Part shown: positions 18,979 to 24,743 of the stretch, one piece after another
How positions within the stretch are numbered: the first letter of the stretch is position 1
Layout of the letters: each line of letters starts with the position of its first letter
Origin: an uncultured delta proteobacterium
GTDB taxonomy: Bacteria; Desulfobacterota; Syntrophobacteria; Syntrophobacterales; Syntrophobacteraceae
Direction: 5' to 3'
NCBI GenBank assembly: GCA_963808625.1
Contig: CAWEHK010000009.1
Span: forward strand, 1 to 24,743
Length of the DNA: 24,743 nt
Notes under the pieces: model-generated
Told to the model about the DNA's origin: nothing
Seen by the model: the letters and a program-made list of their open reading frames with translations, nothing else
The model's database searches: none
Program-made: the position numbers and the translations under genes

Positions 18979-19512
18979 TTGAGAACAGAAGAATCCTCCC
19001 TTTATCGGCAGCCGATGAGCAGTTCCCGGTGGCGGGAAGTCACCGAAAGCTTGAGGACCGGCCTCGCGCTGCTGGACCAGGAAGCGGTCCAATCATCAGC
19101 CGGACAAATTCGCGAGGCTTTGGAGTGGCTGGACCCGATTATGACAAAATACTGTGCGATTACGTGCCCGCATTGTAAAGACCCATGCTGCCGGGCGCAC
19201 GCCATCTTTTTCAACCGGGCGGACCTGCTTTTCCTGATCGCTTCAGGGACCAGCCTGCCGACGGGACAGACCCGCGCCAGCCCCCTCGCACCATGCCGCT
19301 ACCTGCAACCGGCGGGCTGCTGCCTGCCGCGCACGGCCCGGCCCTATGTCTGCGTGTGGTATCTTTGCGAAGCTCAGATGGACCTGTTTGGGGAGGAGCG
19401 TGCTGCGACCCAGAGACTCTTTGTGATGCATCTTGAGAAGATCAGACGAAATCGGCTGCGGCTTGAGTCGCTCTATGAAAGTCACTGTGCTCCGGGGCTT
19501 CGCTTGAGTTGA
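18979..19512 (+). CDS. Cys-rich hypothetical protein (CxxxCxxCxxxCC..C..C..RP..C; YkgJ-like metal-binding)
   Basis: CAITCPHCKDPCC, PCRYLQPAGCCLP, RPYVCVWYLC. Directly follows the HhH-GPD gene. Confidence 0.65.
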   Translation: MRTEESSLYRQPMSSSRWREVTESLRTGLALLDQEAVQSSAGQIREALEWLDPIMTKYCAITCPHCKDPCCRAHAIFFNRADLLFLIASGTSLPTGQTRASPLAPCRYLQPAGCCLPRTARPYVCVWYLCEAQMDLFGEERAATQRLFVMHLEKIRRNRLRLESLYESHCAPGLRLS

Positions 19513-19578
19513 CACCCAGGATGGTGCGGCGGTCTGGTGGGAGACGGTCAAACCCTGACCGGATGGACCAATGGCTTG

Positions 19579-19634
19579 GTGGGGCAGGTTTTCCAGCTGG
19601 TCATCGTCATGGCAGGCTGGAAAGCCTGCCCTAC
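19579..19634. repeat. REP-like inverted pair (same family as 14234-14297)
   Basis: GTGGGGCAGGTTTTCCAGC...GGCAGGCTGGAAAGCCTGCCCTAC. Confidence 0.7.
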
Positions 19635-19755
19635 AGACCTGATGGCCTCTCCTAAAGACGCGAAAGCCTGTCCGAAGACAGGCATCAGATTGCGCCACTT
19701 AATTTCGAAAAGTCCGTAAGTACGGAGCCACCTGCATGGGTGTCGGGATTTCCAT

Positions 19756-19824
19756 CGTCATGCCCGCGAAAGCTGGCATCCAGGCTTTGTTATTGGATTC
19801 CCGCTAAGAGCATGCGGGAATGAG
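19756..19824. repeat. Palindromic CGTCAT-CCCGC...GGATTCCCGC..GCGGGAATGA repeat, copy 1
   Basis: Multi-hairpin ~70 nt unit. A second copy lies at 21690-21759. Confidence 0.7.
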
Positions 19825-19862
19825 GTTCTTGGTTTATGGTCACTTCATTCTGTGGTGCTTTG

Positions 19863-20004
19863 CTAGGGGGCGTCCAAATACAAAGGGCCCTTCTTTACCA
19901 CGAAGAACACGAAGGACACGAAGAAATCACTTCGTGCCCTTCGTGTTCTTCGTGGTTCAAAAAAGAGTTGAAATGGGTGCAAGTTATTTTTGGACAACTC
20001 CTAA
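19863..20004. mobile_element. MITE-like element with imperfect terminal inverted repeats enclosing a 9-mer palindromic array
   Basis: Left end TAGGGGGCGTCCAAATA vs right end (revcomp) TAGGAGTTGTCCAAAAA. Internal ACCACGAAGAACACGAAGGACACGAAG / CTTCGTGCCCTTCGTGTTCTTCGTGGT (19897-19956). Confidence 0.5.
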
Positions 20005-20345
20005 GCAGGCTTGAAGATCTTCTCCAGGGGCCGCCGTTCAGGGACATAGATGTCCGTTGCTATTGTTCCTTCATTCCATGCCTGCGATACGTAAAGACCA
20101 CAGTAGCAGCTTCCATATTCCTCAACGTCGGGCACCCGATGGATGCAGGGACAAATGATGTCTTTGTCCCATTCGCGATCGGCGGCGGACAAGCGGCACG
20201 GGCAGCTCATGTAGCCATACCGCTCCTTGTTGGTGAGCAGGCCTTCCAGGAGATCGAAGACCCTCTTTTTCTCCCGGTTAAAGAAGTAACCCTTTGGTTC
20301 CTGGGTTTTCCTGAGCATCTCATAAAGCTGCTCGACATCGCTCAT
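20001..20345 (-). CDS. Ferredoxin-thioredoxin reductase catalytic-subunit family protein
   Basis: YGYMSCPCR, DIICPC, YGSCYCGLYV (CPC/CPC/CxC motifs). Confidence 0.92.
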   Translation of the reverse strand: MSDVEQLYEMLRKTQEPKGYFFNREKKRVFDLLEGLLTNKERYGYMSCPCRLSAADREWDKDIICPCIHRVPDVEEYGSCYCGLYVSQAWNEGTIATDIYVPERRPLEKIFKPA

Positions 20346-20596
20346 AAGTTGAGCGCCTCCTTGAGCTCGTCCTGTTTGAAACCGACGATCACCTTGTCGC
20401 CGATAACGATCGTGGGGAACGAACAGCGCGGATTGTGCTGCTTCACTTCATCGATGATTTTCTGCCGTTCTTCACCATCCAACTTGTCAACTTCAATACA
20501 TTTATAGTCGATCCCGCAGGTGTTCAGGAACTCTTTGGTATTCCTGCAGTGGATGCAGGTGCTCAGAGCGTAAAGCGTAATATCACATTGACTCAT
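20342..20596 (-). CDS. Glutaredoxin / NrdH-like redoxin
   Basis: LYALSTCIHC, SFPTIVIGD..IVGF. 4-nt overlap with the FTR gene. Confidence 0.92.
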   Translation of the reverse strand: MSQCDITLYALSTCIHCRNTKEFLNTCGIDYKCIEVDKLDGEERQKIIDEVKQHNPRCSFPTIVIGDKVIVGFKQDELKEALNL

Positions 20597-20651
20597 GTCC
20601 TCTCTCCTCTCGTCTCTCGAGTTTTGAACGCAACTTGCCCAAGACTTAAAA

Positions 20652-21431
20652 TCAAATCTTTATATCACGAATTCCCAGGCGTGTCAGGGCGAAGTCATAG
20701 CGCACCGGATCTTCGGGGGCGATTGCCCGAAAAGCTCGGGTAACCTCGAGGGCCGTCTGCATGTCCGCCTGTTTGCGCCGGGTCAATCCCACTTCAAGGG
20801 CAACGCGATGCATATGAGTATCGAGCGGCACGATCAGCTTGCAGGCCTCGACTCCGCGCCATCCTCCGGGGTCGACCTCATCAGAGCGCACCATCCACCG
20901 GAGAAATAGATTCAGGCGTTTGCAGGCGCTCCCTTTACCGGGTGAAGGCAATAACATCGTCATTTCCTCCGGAGCATCTGCACGCAGTTCCCGAACCAGG
21001 GCGGTCAGAGCGGGAAGAACCGTAGCGTCTCGCGCTTCACAATGGGCAACGAAACACGCCTCCAACGATCCATAGCGCTCGATGACGCGCTTGATGCCTC
21101 CGAGAAGGGCAGCCAACTGGTCGCCTCGGGTGAAGCGATGTCTGAAGTCCGCAAGCGTTTTCTGAATGCTTCCCCGGGAATGGGTCAGGACGAATTCCGC
21201 CGGAGATCCACCCATGCGGCGCAAGACCTCAGACACACTCTTCAGGATCTGACGGACCCGACCATAGGCAAGAGCTGAGGCCACCATGCCGACGACTTCA
21301 CGATCCAGCGTACTCGAGTATTGGTGCACAAATTCCAGGGGGTCCGGGTGGATGAATTCTCGACGATTATAGTCAGCATAGAGCTGTTCCAGTGATTCTC
21401 TACAAAACGCTGAAGAATCAGACCATCTCAT
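20652..21431 (-). CDS. TIGR02757 / DUF2400 family protein
   Basis: HPDPLEF, LAYGRVRQI, SACKRLNLFLRWMVR, PLDTH, DPVRYDFAL. Confidence 0.9.
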   Translation of the reverse strand: MRWSDSSAFCRESLEQLYADYNRREFIHPDPLEFVHQYSSTLDREVVGMVASALAYGRVRQILKSVSEVLRRMGGSPAEFVLTHSRGSIQKTLADFRHRFTRGDQLAALLGGIKRVIERYGSLEACFVAHCEARDATVLPALTALVRELRADAPEEMTMLLPSPGKGSACKRLNLFLRWMVRSDEVDPGGWRGVEACKLIVPLDTHMHRVALEVGLTRRKQADMQTALEVTRAFRAIAPEDPVRYDFALTRLGIRDIKI

Positions 21432-21689
21432 AGGGTCGCATCCAGATCTGAAAATGTGCCACACGGACACTGCAAGTTGGCCGCTGTCCGGTTCTACTCA
21501 CCGCAACATGAACGCTCATTGCAGGCGGTGCGACGATAAGACATTAGTATAATGGCCGCCGATCGACCTGTCATCCCCTTTCGCGTGAAGCAGTTGAACG
21601 GTTGCATCGTTATTCCAATAACAGACCGGCTTCCAGAAACACTTAGAGCACCAAGTACTGTGCCGCAGAAACGAGTGTCCGCATCCACC

Positions 21690-21759
21690 CGTCATGCCCC
21701 CGAAGACGGGCATCCAGGCTGTTCTCCTGGATTCGCGCTAAAAGCATACGGAAATGGCG
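21690..21759. repeat. Palindromic CGTCAT-CCC.. repeat, copy 2 (degenerate)
   Basis: CGTCATGCCCCCGAAGACGGGCATCCAGGCT..CTGGATTCGCGCTAAAAGCATACGGAAATGGCG aligns to 19756-19824. Confidence 0.65.
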
Positions 21760-21878
21760 TCCCGGGATTATGCCGACTTTATTCTGTGGTGCTCTACCAA
21801 GCAGTAGGGTATTACTTGTGCTGTCGGGGGTCCTCGAAATTTGACGAGGTTTCCAGGAGGCTCTCCCAAGGGGTGGTC

Positions 21879-23129
21879 ATGACACCTGAGTTTATGCCGA
21901 TTTTGTCGGCTGATGGACGGTTGCTCTTCTGCACCAGGATCGTCCGGCTGTTCGCCTACGGATTCCTGTCGGTGATCCTGGTGTTGTACCTGGTGCAGGT
22001 CGGCCTTACCGAAACGCAGGTCGGGCTGCTGCTGAGCCTGACCCTGGTCGGGGACACGTTGATCTCTCTCTGGCTCACCACCGTGGCCGACCGCGTCGGA
22101 AGACGGCGTGTACTCATTGTGGGGACCATCCTGATGATCTTAGCCGGGGTGCTCTTCGCCCTCACGCGCAACTTCTTCCTGCTCCTCGTTGCTGCCACCA
22201 TCGGCGTAATCAGCCCGAGCGGCTACGAAGTGGGTCCGTTCCTCTCCGTCGAACAGGCAGCACTCTCCCAGATTATTCCCGACGAACTTCGGACCAGGAT
22301 TTTCGCCTGGTACAATTTGGTCGGCACCTTCGCCACGGCGTTCGGTTCCATGGTCGGAGGCGCATCGGTCCAGGTTTTGGAAAGTATCAGTCTGACTCCC
22401 CTGGGAAGCTATCGCGTCGTGGTGGCGAGTTATGCGGTGCTCGGACTGGTGATGACGATCCTCTTCACCCGCCTTTCGCCCGGCGTGGAAGCTTCTCCCA
22501 TCGGACGCAACGCGGGGTCGCACCTGGTCCCCGGGTCCTGGTTCGGGTTGCGGCACTCCCGTGGGATCGTCCTCAAGCTCTCCGCCTTGTTTTCACTGGA
22601 CGCGTTCGGCGGCGGGTTTGTCATCCAAAGCATCGTTGCTTACTGGTTTTACCTGCGTTTTCATGTTGAACCGGCGACCCTCGGGGGCATTTTTTTCGGG
22701 GCCAACATCCTTGCCGGCCTGTCCTACCTGGCCGCCGCGCATGTCGCTTCCAGGATTGGGCTCATCAGGACCATGGTGTTTACCCATATTCCCTCGAACA
22801 TCCTGTTGATCCTGGTGCCGCTCATGCCGAACCTGCCGCTGGCAATTGCGGTGCTGCTGGTGCGGTTCAGCATTAGCCAGATGGATATTCCGACGCGGCA
22901 ATCCTACACGATGGCAGTTGTTGCTCCCGAAGAGCGGTCAGCCGCAGCGGGAATAACCGGCGTTGCCCGCACCATCGGGGCCTCCCTGTCACCGCTTTTG
23001 GCCACGCCCATGCTGGCCAGCGCTTCCCTGCTCAGCGTGCCTTTCTTTCTCGCCGGAGGATTGAAAATTGGCTACGATCTGGCCCTCTACCGGAGCTTTA
23101 AGGCCGTCAAACCTCCGGAAGAGAGATGA
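21879..23129 (+). CDS. MFS transporter
   Basis: About 12 hydrophobic segments; motif A-like ADRVGRRRVL; SQMDIPTRQSYTMAVV. Start placed at ATG 21879; the upstream ORF extension overlaps a repeat. Confidence 0.92.
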   Translation: MTPEFMPILSADGRLLFCTRIVRLFAYGFLSVILVLYLVQVGLTETQVGLLLSLTLVGDTLISLWLTTVADRVGRRRVLIVGTILMILAGVLFALTRNFFLLLVAATIGVISPSGYEVGPFLSVEQAALSQIIPDELRTRIFAWYNLVGTFATAFGSMVGGASVQVLESISLTPLGSYRVVVASYAVLGLVMTILFTRLSPGVEASPIGRNAGSHLVPGSWFGLRHSRGIVLKLSALFSLDAFGGGFVIQSIVAYWFYLRFHVEPATLGGIFFGANILAGLSYLAAAHVASRIGLIRTMVFTHIPSNILLILVPLMPNLPLAIAVLLVRFSISQMDIPTRQSYTMAVVAPEERSAAAGITGVARTIGASLSPLLATPMLASASLLSVPFFLAGGLKIGYDLALYRSFKAVKPPEER

Positions 23130-23149
23130 GGCCCATGAGAACAAGGTTC

Positions 23150-23177
23150 CACCGCAGAGGCGCAGAGGACGCAGAGA
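23150..23177 (+). repeat. 9-mer array CACCGCAGAGGCGCAGAGGACGCAGAGA
   Basis: Matches the reverse complement of 24611-24638 at 26 of 28 positions. Confidence 0.75.
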
Positions 23178-23317
23178 ATTCACCCTTGGAATTGACATGG
23201 GGCAAAGGAAACTAGCATTAAGCAGGGGCAAAATCCGTTGCCGCCGCGCGAGATGATTTTGAGCAGCAAACCGATGTGCGGAGAACACATGTGAAGAGAT
23301 TTTCCTTGGTGAAGACC

Positions 23318-24421
23318 ATGACCGACACGATTAGCCATGGATTTTCGTCCTGGTTGTTCCACAACTGGTACGCCCTGCCCTTTTCACCGCCACCATGGCC
23401 TCTGTACAAGGTGCTCCGTCTTGGCGTCACCTTCTACAAAGCGGGTTTGCACCACCACCAGCAGGAGGCGAGGCAGCGCCGGAGGCGACTCCCGGCCTAC
23501 GTCATCAGTGTTGGCAATCTGGTTGTTGGAGGCGCCGGGAAGACCCCCCTGACCCTGTGGCTGGCAAACCATCTGCGGAGCCTCGGCAGGAAGCCCGCTG
23601 TCCTCAGCAGGGGATACAAGAGAAAAGGTCTGGCCCCGGCGAGAGTGCCGTCAACCGGGCAAAGCTCCCAGCAAGTGCCGGCGTTCGGGGATGAACCGGT
23701 CCTCATGGCGTGCAAGGCAAAACCGGTCCCCGTTTGGGTCGGTAGAGATCGCTGGCAGTCAGGAAATCAGGCCATTCAAAACGATCACGTGGATACCCTG
23801 GTCCTGGATGACGGCTTTCAGCACCTGGCGCTGGATCGCAACCTGGATTTGGTCCTGCTTGATGCGCATAACCCCTTCGGGAATGGTGCCCTGCTGCCCC
23901 TGGGTCCGCTGCGGGAACCGCCGGCACACCTTGACCGCGCGGATGCCATTGTGCTCACGCGTGCCGAAGATAGACAACTGACCGAGGCGACGCGATCGAA
24001 GATCACCGGGTTGTTCCCTCGAAAACCGATTTATTCCTGTGTTCATCGTTTCACCGGGCTGAGGGTGGGACTTGGCGGTGAACGCATCCCGCTTGCAGCC
24101 CTGCATGCGGAGAAGGCGGTCGCCTTTGCCGGCATCGCCCGACCCGAGAGCTTTTATCATCTGCTCCGAGAGGCCGGAATTGTCGTTGGTCCAAGCTTTG
24201 CTTTCCCTGACCATCACCAGTACTGCGGAGCCGACCTGGCGATGGTGCTGAAGGTTGCGGCAGAAAGCAATGCAGCCTTCCTCATTACCACCGAAAAAGA
24301 CATGGTTCGACTCCCGCCTGAGTTCCAAGCATTCACTCTCGCCGCCCTCCTGGAAATCGACTTCCTTTCCGAACACCAGGCCTTTTGCAACTTTCTCACG
24401 GAAAGACTTCCCTCCCACTGA
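23318..24421 (+). CDS. lpxK: Tetraacyldisaccharide 4'-kinase
   Basis: VISVGNLVVGGAGKTP, LSRGY, GDEP, LDDGFQH, LLPLGPLREP, AGIARPESF, FPDHH, ITTEKD. Confidence 0.95.
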   Translation: MTDTISHGFSSWLFHNWYALPFSPPPWPLYKVLRLGVTFYKAGLHHHQQEARQRRRRLPAYVISVGNLVVGGAGKTPLTLWLANHLRSLGRKPAVLSRGYKRKGLAPARVPSTGQSSQQVPAFGDEPVLMACKAKPVPVWVGRDRWQSGNQAIQNDHVDTLVLDDGFQHLALDRNLDLVLLDAHNPFGNGALLPLGPLREPPAHLDRADAIVLTRAEDRQLTEATRSKITGLFPRKPIYSCVHRFTGLRVGLGGERIPLAALHAEKAVAFAGIARPESFYHLLREAGIVVGPSFAFPDHHQYCGADLAMVLKVAAESNAAFLITTEKDMVRLPPEFQAFTLAALLEIDFLSEHQAFCNFLTERLPSH

Positions 24422-24444
24422 TCCTTCTCTTTGACGGACTTAAA

Positions 24445-24640
24445 GACTCACCGCAGTCACTCATGTCCCTTCGGGACACCCGAAGACACATGAAAAGAAA
24501 CTCTTCGGAGCTGAGGCTCAGAGAGCGCAGAGGAAACCAATCAAGTCTCTCTGCACTGCAACTTGCAGTTTGTTGGAATTCTATCACAATATTGCCTTAA
24601 TTTATTGTTATCTCTGCGTTCTCTGCGTCTCTGCGGTGAA
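24445..24640. repeat. Composite intergenic repeat: GTCCC-TTCG-GGAC hairpin plus (CGCAGAG) 9-mer arrays
   Basis: TGTCCCTTCGGGACA at ~24465-24479, degenerate GCTCAGAGAGCGCAGAG at ~24517-24533, TCTCTGCGTTCTCTGCGTCTCTGCGGTG at 24611-24638. Confidence 0.55.
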
Positions 24641-24743
24641 AGAAAAGGATTGTGACTCTTATGGGTGTAAAATTGATGTTTGCTTTTTTTCAGGACGGAG
24701 ATGGTCTTTATTGATAAGATATTTGCGAGTGACGAAGCATTAA

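Noticed and set aside
21552..21878. 109-aa N-terminal extension of the MFS transporter
   Set aside because: It runs through a palindromic repeat and has no transporter-like character. The start at 21879 fits better.
1..24743. Reverse transcriptase, avd, integrase, transposase, cas genes, CRISPR array, tRNA/rRNA
   Set aside because: No RT-like ORF (YxDD context), no recombinase motifs, no regularly spaced repeat-spacer array and no recognisable stable RNA gene were seen.

Overview
Bacterial window, most consistent with a Desulfobacterota/deltaproteobacterial genome (inferred from gene content). Many genes, including housekeeping ones (ilvD, amrS), carry single-base frameshifts, suggesting uncorrected long-read indels. 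(1) 1-7960: a PAS histidine kinase and NtrC-type regulator, then candidate enhancer boxes and a sigma-54 promoter. Downstream are two paralogous secreted CARDB+Lcl (DUF1566) proteins flanking a secreted HAF-repeat/PKD-like protein, which is preceded by a GEMM-I-like cyclic-dinucleotide riboswitch candidate. The 3' ends of the two Lcl genes differ mostly at positions 1-2 of NNC codons and are followed by hairpins, so they look like variable regions of a diversity-generating retroelement whose RT/TR is not in this window. (2) 8549-14148, minus strand: a defence island in which a diverged ~1.6 kb direct duplication (radical SAM - MNT - hepT 5' end) brackets an XcyI/Cfr9I-like type II R-M pair. 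(3) 14695-24421: core-type genes (ilvD, methyltransferase, amrS, HhH-GPD, Cys-rich protein, FTR + glutaredoxin, TIGR02757, MFS, lpxK) interspersed with several families of short palindromic, REP-like or MITE-like repeats.
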